Numbered from the stretch's first letter, positions 8,523 to 16,297 are shown. The stretch: DNA of 40,000 nt from Firmicutes bacterium HGW-Firmicutes-7 (GCA_002841375.1 PGZO01000029.1:1-40000); one strand, 5' to 3'. Made by a program: numbers and translations. The notes: generated by a model from the sequence alone, not told the origin.

Positions 8523-9895
8523 TAATCATAAACCCCCTCACCTGACATTGAAATTTCTTCTTGCAATATTTTATTAATTCGTCCTGCTACCTTATCAGCA
8601 TCTGCCGTTTCGTGTACATCCCCAAATGTTATACTAATATTAGGTGCCAAGGTATTACTTGCTATCTTTGCAACATAATCTCTTTCAGCCACATCTTTAA
8701 GATATTGCAAATCCTCGTCTGACATATCAACTTTAACAGCACCATTTATTCCAGTTCCTTGGACTGTTTTTGGCTCGCGCCTAGAGCCATCACCGCTTAA
8801 ATCTGCTTCACCTGCCCCTGTCATTTTATCAGTTAAAGAGCTAATCCCATCACCAATCTTATTAGCAACATTCTTTCCTGTATCACTGCCTTTGGTATAA
8901 GCGACAGAGTAATCCATAAATTCTTTAGTTTTAACAAATTCCTTCAGATCAGCTTCACTCTTGATATTTGCAGATTCAGCTGCAAATTTATTTTTTAATC
9001 CGGTAATATTACTTGTAATATCAACCTTGACACCAGGTATTTTATTTAAAAGATCTTCAATGCCTTGAGCCATAGTCTCAATAAATCCTAATACATTAAC
9101 CATTAGATCGTAAAATAAAGTTTGTACCGAAGCTATGGGATTACTAAATACATTTCCAAAGAAGTTGATAAAAGCAGCAACAGCGTTCCATATATAAACA
9201 AAGCCATTATAGAAATGTCCAACAAATGTACCAACAATACCACCAATTACTCCAAAAATCTCTTCCCATGTGCCTCCAAGACTCGTTATAGCAGTAATTA
9301 CAAGAACAATAATCCCTATTATGAGTGTTAATGGCCACGCAGCTACTAGCCATGCTGCAGCGCTTGCTAAGATTGAAGGTATCATAGCTAAGATTGGAGG
9401 TAACATACCCCATAAACTTGTTAATATCCCCGCAAGTAGAACAGTTCCAACAAAAGCTAACATGGGTCCTATGATACTCCATCCATTAATAATACTATCT
9501 ATTAACCACACTGCTGCTTTTGCTACTATATTAAATCCTATAATTAAGACGTCAATAAACTGTTGAAAGCCATCAGTATTAAATAACTCACTCATTTTAT
9601 TCTTAACGGGTGCGAAAGCTTTTTGAACTTTACTCCCAATCTCTTCCATTACCTCATCAGGTACCAAACTAGTCACAGCCTTGCCTACTTTACTTAAGAT
9701 TCCGACTAAGCCACCAATTTGGCCAAGTGCATCCTTAGCACTTGCTCCTGAGGCTTCTAGCTTTTTATTCAACGTATCCGTAGAGCCACTAGCATTTAAT
9801 ATCTTTTCAGATGCTTCATCTGTTTTTTTATTAACCGCATCTATAGTGGTTGTATAACCATCAAATAACAAAACCATTGCTGAGAGAGTTGCCAT
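8522..9895 (-). CDS. tail tape measure protein (short, 457 aa)
   Basis: Sits after the chaperone. It has helical N- and C-terminal parts and a long central Gly/Ala/Ile-rich hydrophobic block, typical of Firmicute tape measures. Confidence 0.8.
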   Translation of the reverse strand: MATLSAMVLLFDGYTTTIDAVNKKTDEASEKILNASGSTDTLNKKLEASGASAKDALGQIGGLVGILSKVGKAVTSLVPDEVMEEIGSKVQKAFAPVKNKMSELFNTDGFQQFIDVLIIGFNIVAKAAVWLIDSIINGWSIIGPMLAFVGTVLLAGILTSLWGMLPPILAMIPSILASAAAWLVAAWPLTLIIGIIVLVITAITSLGGTWEEIFGVIGGIVGTFVGHFYNGFVYIWNAVAAFINFFGNVFSNPIASVQTLFYDLMVNVLGFIETMAQGIEDLLNKIPGVKVDITSNITGLKNKFAAESANIKSEADLKEFVKTKEFMDYSVAYTKGSDTGKNVANKIGDGISSLTDKMTGAGEADLSGDGSRREPKTVQGTGINGAVKVDMSDEDLQYLKDVAERDYVAKIASNTLAPNISITFGDVHETADADKVAGRINKILQEEISMSGEGVYD

Positions 9896-10482
9896 TTATC
9901 GTCTCCCTCCCTTCGCTTTTATTTTTCTTGCTTCTTCTTGTTCTTTTTCACATCTTGTTTGGATACTTGCATATATAAAAGCCTTCTCCCTCTCATTCAT
10001 TGTAGCTAGCGTAGAAGGGAGAATATGTAGTTTTTGTAGTGCAAAGTGCGCTAAGTTAAATTCAGCGTCACCTTGCTTGATTAGTTTTTTACTTCTTCTA
10101 TATCCTCGTTAATATCCTGATCTAATCCGCTTAACTCTTGTACAGCTTGTGCTAGTTCTGCATACTCACCAACATACAGCATTTTCTGCAGCAAAGAAGA
10201 GTCTCCAAGAACACCATACGCCTTTTGTAATTCAGAACTAGTTAAATCCGGAAATATAACTGCACTAGCAGTCATTGCCTGTACATAATCAGCTCTATTA
10301 AAGGTTTCTACCCCTTTTTTATCTTTCTTAGTATATTTCTTGATCAGATAGCAGTTTTCTTCCTGAGTGACTGGTTTGATAACAAATGGAACAGGTTTTC
10401 CATCCTCCATAAATCTATTTGAAACAATAACCTCTTTATTTTCTACTAGACATGGATTCAAAAACGCTTTTAATGAACTCAT
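9896..10482 (-). CDS. tail assembly chaperone, -1 frameshift-extended form (G/GT analogue)
   Basis: A -1 slip at A_AAA_AAC (10090..10084) opens a 62-codon frame, KLIKQGDAEFNLAHFALQKLHILPSTLATMNEREKAFIYASIQTRCEKEQEEARKIKAKGGRR. That frame has no start codon of its own near its 5' end, and it stops (TAA 9898..9896) directly against the tape-measure ATG. Confidence 0.65.
10081..10482 (-). CDS. tail assembly chaperone, short form (XkdN-like)
   Basis: 133 aa with an acidic C-terminus, lying between the tube and tape measure genes. It ends ...GTA AAA AAC TAA. Confidence 0.75.
   Translation of the reverse strand: MSSLKAFLNPCLVENKEVIVSNRFMEDGKPVPFVIKPVTQEENCYLIKKYTKKDKKGVETFNRADYVQAMTASAVIFPDLTSSELQKAYGVLGDSSLLQKMLYVGEYAELAQAVQELSGLDQDINEDIEEVKN
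10084..10090 (-). promoter_or_regulatory. programmed -1 ribosomal frameshift slippery heptamer A_AAA_AAC
   Basis: In the zero frame this reads GT[A AAA AAC] TAA, which fits the X_XXY_YYZ rule. Confidence 0.6.
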
Positions 10483-10543
10483 ATAGTTCCTCCTTAAATA
10501 TTTGTTAGATAATTCAAGCTAGAAAAGAGAGCATAATGCCCCC

Positions 10544-11017
10544 TTATCTGTAATTTTCAGGTAAATTAAAATAACTTAATCCTTCCAAATCATCAAAAGT
10601 GAAGTCAGTTTCGATAGTAATTGGATCATCTGATTGATCGTCTAAATTGCAAATTGGTATTGTTTTTAATAATACATTGCTCATTACGACTTCTTGTGTA
10701 CCAATCGTAGACTGATCATCTAGATTTTTAACTTGCAGTTTAAGACCCCCAAATTTACCGTTCTTAATATAATCAATCGCAAGCTTAAGCATATCAGAAT
10801 TCATAAAATACATAGTCATACTTCCTGTACCCTCTGCCCCAATAACTTTATGCTGCGTCATTCTATGTCCTAGCATATTTCTTGTTTGTACATTTAGATC
10901 TAATTGAGCTTTTAAACTAGATATTTCGAATAACTCTCTATTAGCTCCTTCAATAGTGATAAATGCTGTACCCTCTTTAGAGGATATCGTATCTGCTAAT
11001 CTTACATAATTGTCCAT
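10544..11017 (-). CDS. tail tube protein (XkdM-like)
   Basis: 157 aa, immediately after the sheath gene. SKEGTAFITIEGANRELFEISSLKAQLDL resembles XkdM-type tube proteins. Confidence 0.8.
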   Translation of the reverse strand: MDNYVRLADTISSKEGTAFITIEGANRELFEISSLKAQLDLNVQTRNMLGHRMTQHKVIGAEGTGSMTMYFMNSDMLKLAIDYIKNGKFGGLKLQVKNLDDQSTIGTQEVVMSNVLLKTIPICNLDDQSDDPITIETDFTFDDLEGLSYFNLPENYR

Positions 11018-11034
11018 GCTTTAATCCTCCTTTC

Positions 11035-12078
11035 TTAGAATAAATTTACAGTAATATACATCTTTTCAACTGAATCTACCGGTTGAATATAACATTCAAT
11101 AACAACTGCATCTGAATCAATTCCTTTTGTTACTGTTACATCTTCAGGCAGAAAATTTTGTATAGCAGACAATCTCTGTAATTCATTGAAGTATTCAATT
11201 AAAGTTGCCCTTAGCAAAGACCTGCCATCGGTATTGTTATTAACTTTACCGATATAGTTTGATTCGAAAATCTCAACGATATCATTATTGATTCCATCAA
11301 GTGTACGAATAACCTTATTCTTAGTAAATTGTTTGCCCTTATCAACTGAAATGGTGGTTAAAGAGTTAATATCATATACTGCTGTAACATTTTGTACGGT
11401 ATCAACTTTAAAGATGAACTTACCTTCAGTAATAGCTGTTTCCATTTCGTTTTTGGTCATTCTTGGCATTACATCAACGGCCCCTACATACTTCTGACCT
11501 GTATTAGATTTATTAATGTTTGCACCTGCTGTAACACCAGCCACCCAAGCTGTAACTTGTGCTGCTGTTAGCGTAGTTGCATCTGACAATTCAATGCTCT
11601 GTGTAACGTTAATAACGCCTTCATAATCTCCTACATAATCAGCAAGTACTGCCTGTACCTTAACGCCTTCATCCTCTCTCATAGCTTCAATCCATGTTGC
11701 GATAGCAAGCTTATTCGCATCATAGGTTACACCTTCATAGGGATACGCCAAAGTGTTAAATATTAATGTTCTAAGAGCTACTAATGAAGTTGTAATTGCT
11801 TCTGCATTATGTGCTATACCTAAATTATAAACAAGCACTGTTTTAGCACATTTTAACGCTTCATTGACAAGTAACTTATCAGCAGCTGTAGATCCTGTTG
11901 GATAATCATTTTCTGTTGCAGTAATTGTGTAAATATCCCCAACAGCTCCTACACTCATTTCTTGTAAAAGAATTACAATGCCTCTTTCCCCAGGTGTAAT
12001 GGAAAGCGGAGCATTCGTCTTGATATTAATGTAAGCACCTGGTAAAACCTTATTTTGACTTGTCCATGTTCCTGCCAT
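11035..12078 (-). CDS. contractile tail sheath protein (XkdK-like)
   Basis: 347 aa. The N-terminus MAGTWTSQNKVLPGAYINIKT is typical of XkdK-type sheaths, and a tube gene follows. Confidence 0.85.
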   Translation of the reverse strand: MAGTWTSQNKVLPGAYINIKTNAPLSITPGERGIVILLQEMSVGAVGDIYTITATENDYPTGSTAADKLLVNEALKCAKTVLVYNLGIAHNAEAITTSLVALRTLIFNTLAYPYEGVTYDANKLAIATWIEAMREDEGVKVQAVLADYVGDYEGVINVTQSIELSDATTLTAAQVTAWVAGVTAGANINKSNTGQKYVGAVDVMPRMTKNEMETAITEGKFIFKVDTVQNVTAVYDINSLTTISVDKGKQFTKNKVIRTLDGINNDIVEIFESNYIGKVNNNTDGRSLLRATLIEYFNELQRLSAIQNFLPEDVTVTKGIDSDAVVIECYIQPVDSVEKMYITVNLF

Positions 12079-12079
12079 G

Positions 12080-12568
12080 TTATTCCTCCGTTCTTGTGGT
12101 TATTTGTGGTTGCTGCATCTTAACATAGTTTTGTTCAATCATTTCTGAATAATTGATATCAAAGGTAAAATGCAACACGTTATCTGTGATGGTTACTTTC
12201 TTATTTAGGACCCGATAAGAATTAATAAGGTCAAATCCTCTAAACAATGCTAATTGGACCGCTAAGCAATCTGCTCTAATCTCCGTAGTACCCTTATCAC
12301 TGAAATAGGCAACATCAAAAGAAAGTAAGCTTTTGAACTTAACATTCATTCGTTTGCTATAATCCTGTCCAATAAGTACAATCAAGAAAGATGGCTTATT
12401 GAGAGGAATATCCTCTTCATAAATTGTATACTCAGGATAAAGTTCTAATAATTTATCTACTATTGCTTGCCTAACACTACTTATCATACTTCTATTCACC
12501 CTCTCTACTTCTTTCTTAAACTCATTTGAAAGTTCTTTTTCAACAACTTTAATTGTATGATTTAACAT
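12080..12568 (-). CDS. putative tail completion/terminator protein (XkdJ position)
   Basis: 162 aa. It is the only ORF between the late regulator and the sheath, and sits 1 nt from the sheath start. The call rests on position only. Confidence 0.35.
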   Translation of the reverse strand: MLNHTIKVVEKELSNEFKKEVERVNRSMISSVRQAIVDKLLELYPEYTIYEEDIPLNKPSFLIVLIGQDYSKRMNVKFKSLLSFDVAYFSDKGTTEIRADCLAVQLALFRGFDLINSYRVLNKKVTITDNVLHFTFDINYSEMIEQNYVKMQQPQITTRTEE

Positions 12569-12653
12569 TGTATATAAGTTTTTAACCTAATATCATATTA
12601 ACACGACCAAAAACCCAAATCCACGTCATCATTACGTCAAACCCTATAAAGCC

Positions 12654-13208
12654 TTATTTTATCAGCTTTGTAGCTCCTATTCCAAATAAAAGCACACTCA
12701 TTTCTTGTATCATGTCAAGCTCATAACGGTCAGCTGTTCGCTCAGAAATATTCAATTTTTCGGATGCTATAATTATTTTATCTCCTCTAGGCAACTTACA
12801 ACTATTAGGATCTAAATATAATATATTGAGTACCTCAAACTTTTCAGGTGTACCCGCTTGAATCATGCTGTTTTGTATCACACTTATACACGAATCAATA
12901 TGCCGTACCATTACATAGGTCCGTGATTTAGTCCTTACAATAGATTCGATGATTATATTCTCCTGTAAGGCTTCTACTAGTTCACCTATGCCAAGCATAT
13001 ACACATCATTACAGAGATCATCAAGCGCATTACCACAGTGTTCTTTAAGGTCATTATAATGTTTAAGAAGCACTCTTGTATTCCTAAACACAGTTTTCTT
13101 CTCTGTTTTCTCCTCTTGCTGTTTGTATAATTTAACTGCTTCTTGGGCGACCTCTAAAGCAAATTCCCTATTTATCGTATTGGTGTTTTTCTTCTGCACT
13201 AATATCAC
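12654..13208 (-). CDS. ArpU/sigma-like late-gene transcriptional regulator (Xpf position)
   Basis: LLKHYNDLKEH near the N-terminus and a C-terminal region-4-like HTH (LNISERTADRYELDMIQEMSVLLFG). The true start is probably the second GTG at 13199, which lies 9 nt after GGAGA. Confidence 0.45.
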   Translation of the reverse strand: MILVQKKNTNTINREFALEVAQEAVKLYKQQEEKTEKKTVFRNTRVLLKHYNDLKEHCGNALDDLCNDVYMLGIGELVEALQENIIIESIVRTKSRTYVMVRHIDSCISVIQNSMIQAGTPEKFEVLNILYLDPNSCKLPRGDKIIIASEKLNISERTADRYELDMIQEMSVLLFGIGATKLIK

Positions 13209-13354
13209 TCTCCTATTTCGTATTTATTAATTCTTGATTTAACACAGTAATTACCTTATCCTGAATTATAATTTATCCTCTAAGTCCATTAAAACGTCCT
13301 TATCAACCCCAGCTCGAACCACTAAATGGTGAATTATAACCTTCTAAAACCTTT

Positions 13355-14224
13355 TTAATCCTCCTCATTATTTTCGTCTAATACCATTTCCATAGCCTTT
13401 TTTTCTATCTTATCAAAGTCATAATTACGCTGTTCAAAGTTGATAAACTTGTTGGTACTAGACTTGTCCCTCTTTTCATTTTTTTTAGATTTTGAATTAT
13501 CAACGTCACCTCTAGTCTTATAATTATTATTTTTCCATGCCAAACAGATAGTTTCTATATATTTCCATGATCTTTTATTGTAGTCATTTGCTTGTTCAAT
13601 GGCATAACAGACTAAATCTTCACCAATATCATCAACTGCAACCTTTATCTTTTTAATTATTGATGGTGGTATGGTTCCTATGTTCTGCTCATAATACTGA
13701 AATGGATTATGTTTAGTAGTAGATAATATATTTAGTTCTTCTTCTAGTTCTTCTTCTAGTTCTTCTTCTAGTTCTTCTTCTAGTTCTTCTTCTGCTACGT
13801 TACTCTCCGTTACTGTAACGTTACAAGTAACGTTACTATTTATTAATTTTTGTCTATGCTTTGCAACCCTTATTCTTGTTTGTTCCCTAACCTTTTCTAA
13901 TGTTTCTATGTTCTGATGCTTTTCCCAATTTGACACATAGTACGTATTATTAATAATTTCAATCATTTCAAATCTTTCAAATACTTCAAGTGCCATCTTT
14001 ATAGTCATTAATGGTCTGTTAAATATACTACTTAACATTTCATTGTTGTATTGTATCCTATCATTTAGCATTAGTAGGCCACTTCTATTTGTTCTTCCAG
14101 CTAAACAAAGTATCTTTAACCAAATTACTAGTAGGGTATCAGATTCAGGCATATTTTCAATTAATCTTATTTTTTCATCGTCAAATATATTAGTTACTAT
14201 TTTTATCCATTTAACATCTGCCAC
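13355..14224 (-). CDS. phage replisome organiser / DnaD-domain protein
   Basis: The N-terminus VKWIKIVTNIFDDEKIRLIENMPESDTLLVIWLKILCLAG matches the replisome-organiser N-domain. The C-terminal part is DnaD-like (FQYYEQNIG...RSWKYIETICLAWKNN). Confidence 0.8.
   Translation of the reverse strand: MADVKWIKIVTNIFDDEKIRLIENMPESDTLLVIWLKILCLAGRTNRSGLLMLNDRIQYNNEMLSSIFNRPLMTIKMALEVFERFEMIEIINNTYYVSNWEKHQNIETLEKVREQTRIRVAKHRQKLINSNVTCNVTVTESNVAEEELEEELEEELEEELEEELNILSTTKHNPFQYYEQNIGTIPPSIIKKIKVAVDDIGEDLVCYAIEQANDYNKRSWKYIETICLAWKNNNYKTRGDVDNSKSKKNEKRDKSSTNKFINFEQRNYDFDKIEKKAMEMVLDENNEED
13733..13792. repeat. perfect 12-bp tandem repeat x5 (tagttcttcttc), encoding (EEEL)5
   Basis: Counted directly. 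It lies in the linker of the DnaD-like protein. Confidence 0.95.
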
Positions 14225-14239
14225 TTTATCACCTCAGTA

Positions 14240-14791
14240 TTATTTGTGAACTAACCAAACCCTTTTCTGCTGCACCCCCCACTCTTGGGCTTGATCCAAA
14301 TTAGATATGTAAAGGTCAATACAATTACCCTTAATCCCACCGCCTTTGTCCTGTACAAACCTATATCCAACATCTTCTATGTACACCCATGTATTGAGAG
14401 GTAACACGTCCCAATCTGCAGCTATAGTCAAATCTTCTTGAACTGTTGCTCCTGATGCTGTTATTCCAAACGCTGGATCACCAGGATACTTGCCTGTAGA
14501 TTCAAATCCTGCCGTATAGGCTGTAATCTTGAATTCTCCTATTTCATCAAGTATCCAACTATCACAAGGAGTGCTAGTGTCGACATTACAAAAGCAAGAG
14601 TCAGGGCTTTTAAAAATATCACCTTCAATTGAAACGCTTGTATCATTTTCTTTCTTATGTTCGTAAGATTGTCCTCTCGATTTTCCATAAACAAACCCTC
14701 CTGCTATAAAAATTAGTAGTGTAGCCATAATTAAAAGAATCGTTAGTGCTTTATCTATTTTTCGTATAGTCATAGAATTCAGTTCGAACAC
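14240..14791 (-). CDS. membrane-anchored 3D-domain protein (MltA/RlpA-like fold)
   Basis: N-terminal TM (ALTILLIMATLLIFIAGGFVY) plus FKITAYTAGFESTGKYPGDPAFGITASGATV...IAADWDVLP...GGGIKGNCIDLY, a 3D-domain pattern. Confidence 0.75.
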   Translation of the reverse strand: MFELNSMTIRKIDKALTILLIMATLLIFIAGGFVYGKSRGQSYEHKKENDTSVSIEGDIFKSPDSCFCNVDTSTPCDSWILDEIGEFKITAYTAGFESTGKYPGDPAFGITASGATVQEDLTIAADWDVLPLNTWVYIEDVGYRFVQDKGGGIKGNCIDLYISNLDQAQEWGVQQKRVWLVHK

Positions 14792-14972
14792 CTTCCTTTC
14801 TGCTTATGTACATAGCACATTTATAACCTAATGATGAAATATTCCTTACTAATACTCTGCAATAATTAGTTCCCTTTTTGTTCCAGTCACAATTATTACA
14901 TGATTTTGGTTCAGAGGTTTTACCTTCCATTTTCACTTCACAATCTTTCTGTATTGTGTCGCCAGTTAACAT
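14751..14972 (-). CDS. small Cys-rich protein (73 aa)
   Basis: The track ORF is 14751..15032. The ATG at 14972 lies 2 nt past the cro-like stop, with GGGTGGG upstream. The protein contains CNNC...C...C. Confidence 0.35.
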   Translation of the reverse strand: MLTGDTIQKDCEVKMEGKTSEPKSCNNCDWNKKGTNYCRVLVRNISSLGYKCAMYISRKEGVRTEFYDYTKNR

Positions 14973-14976
14973 ATTA

Positions 14977-15246
14977 TCAACCCACCCTTTGTGTCTTATT
15001 CGACACCTCTTCTCCGTAAAAAATTTCATCAATAGTTAATGGAGACTCGCCTTTTTTTAATAATTCTTTATTAATATAATCTCTAATAATTTCACATTCA
15101 TCCAGTCCCCAACCTTGCACTCCATTCTCCTTTTTACTGTAATGGCTACGAGAAATACCAATTAGTTTAGAGAAATCGATTTGTGTAACATTAATTTTCT
15201 GTCTCAAATATCTAAGCTTTAAATATTTAATTTTTTTAATTTTCAT
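14977..15246 (-). CDS. cro-like XRE-family HTH regulator
   Basis: 89 aa with the HTH LRQKINVTQIDFSKLIGISRSHYSKKENG. It is the first gene of the leftward operon and is divergent from the cI-like gene. Confidence 0.75.
   Translation of the reverse strand: MKIKKIKYLKLRYLRQKINVTQIDFSKLIGISRSHYSKKENGVQGWGLDECEIIRDYINKELLKKGESPLTIDEIFYGEEVSNKTQRVG
14991..15006. promoter_or_regulatory. candidate operator GTGTCTTATTCGACAC
   Basis: GTGTC-N6-GACAC palindrome within the 3' end of the cro-like gene. Confidence 0.3.
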
Positions 15247-15264
15247 AACATCAGCTCCTTTAAT

Positions 15265-15280
15265 GTGTCTTATCCGATAC
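15265..15280. promoter_or_regulatory. candidate operator GTGTCTTATCCGATAC
   Basis: Imperfect palindrome just downstream of the leftward -10. It is related to the sites at 14991 and 16282. Confidence 0.35.
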
Positions 15281-15284
15281 CGTT

Positions 15285-15312
15285 ATTATATCACCCACCC
15301 ATTATTTGTCAA
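15285..15312 (-). promoter_or_regulatory. leftward (lytic-direction) sigma-A promoter
   Basis: The minus strand reads TTGACA-16 nt-TATAAT, with TG one base upstream of the -10 (TGATATAAT). It lies 39 nt upstream of the cro-like ATG. Confidence 0.6.
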
Positions 15313-15343
15313 TCACTAAAGTACATTATTGGAAACTTTTTTA

Positions 15344-15371
15344 TTTACAATATGATATTTTAGTGTATAAT
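15344..15371 (+). promoter_or_regulatory. rightward promoter for cI-like gene
   Basis: TTTACA-16 nt-TATAAT on the plus strand, back-to-back with the leftward promoter. Confidence 0.5.
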
Positions 15372-15405
15372 TAACATATAATAAGTGACTGTGGAGGCTA
15401 TTCAA

Positions 15406-15762
15406 ATGAATGTATATGGTGAAAATTTAAAAAAACTTAGAAGAGAAAAAGGATCTAGTCAAGAAGAGATTGCTAGATTTGCAGAAATTAAATCTAAATC
15501 TACGATATCTAAGTATGAACGTGGTGATATAATGCCTGCATTAGACGTTGCCAAAAAAATTGCGGATTTCTTTGGCGTATCAGTTGACTCTATGACTATA
15601 AGAACTCAAATTATAGAAAACACTATTACAGAACGAAACTCAAAAGAACTTATTGGGCTTCCTAAGGAGTATATTAATGCAATTAAAATAGCTTATAACA
15701 ATAACATTTCTCCTGAAAAATTAATTGAACTCATTGACTTTACAACTAAACTAAGAAAGTAG
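15406..15762 (+). CDS. cI-like XRE-family repressor
   Basis: HTH LKKLRREKGSSQEEIARFAEIKSKSTISKYERG. The track starts at GTG 15385, but the ATG at 15406 has GGAGG 8 nt upstream. Confidence 0.8.
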   Translation: MNVYGENLKKLRREKGSSQEEIARFAEIKSKSTISKYERGDIMPALDVAKKIADFFGVSVDSMTIRTQIIENTITERNSKELIGLPKEYINAIKIAYNNNISPEKLIELIDFTTKLRK

Positions 15763-15770
15763 GTGTGATC

Positions 15771-16271
15771 ATGAGTATTTATCAGCGTGAAAGTGATAAA
15801 CGGTGGGTAGTCTGTGTTAAACTACCTTCTGAGGATGGTAAGCGAAAAAGAAAATACGTTTATGCTAATTCTGAAAAAATAGTTAAAAGACATAGCAACT
15901 AATCCTGCAAATATGTATCCCTTCCTAAAAGCGTTACTTATAAGCCTGAAATTTATAACGAGGAAAAATTTAATAGTCTTTTAGATACAGTTAGGGGTAC
16001 ATTTGACGAAATACCGATATTGCTTGCTGGTTGTGTTGGGTTAAGACGTGGAGAAATATTTGGATTAAGATGGAAAGATATTGACTTTAAGGCTAGAACG
16101 ATATCTGTAGTTGAAACTGTCGTTGCGTGGCTTAAAGTTAAAAAACCAAAAACTGAAGCCAGCGAAAGATTAGGCCATGCTGATACGATGCACGAAGATG
16201 CTGCAAGTAAGTTAGAAGCAGCTTTTACAAAGAAGTCTGACAGCCATTTTGACAGCCAAAAAACGAATTAA
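15771..16271 (+). pseudogene. tyrosine integrase relic (in-frame stop plus internal deletions)
   Basis: A 43-codon arm-type N-terminus (MSIYQRESDKRWVVCVKLPSEDGKRKRKYVYAN...) runs into TAA at 15900. The same frame continues with catalytic-domain fragments (LLAGCVGLRRGEIFGLRWKDIDF, then directly ERLGHAD). About 166 codons remain, against the ~350-400 expected for an intact integrase. Confidence 0.8.
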
Positions 16272-16281
16272 CATATGCAAC

Positions 16282-16297
16282 ATATCTTATCCGACAC
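16282..16297. promoter_or_regulatory. candidate operator-like site ATATCTTATCCGACAC
   Basis: Third related copy, embedded in the larger inverted repeat aacatatg...catatgtt just after the integrase relic. Confidence 0.25.

Noticed and set aside
9122-9566. ORFs 9122..9331 (+), 9207..9482 (-) and 9270..9566 (+)
   Set aside because: All lie inside the tape measure gene, in other frames or on the other strand. They arise from the low-complexity hydrophobic region.
13733-13792. Tandem repeat as a CRISPR array or minisatellite locus
   Set aside because: It has no spacers, the unit is 12 bp, and it lies in frame within a coding region (EEEL repeats).
16020-16271. 83-aa ORF as an independent gene
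   Set aside because: It is the in-frame continuation of the integrase relic that starts at 15771. It contains only catalytic-domain fragments.
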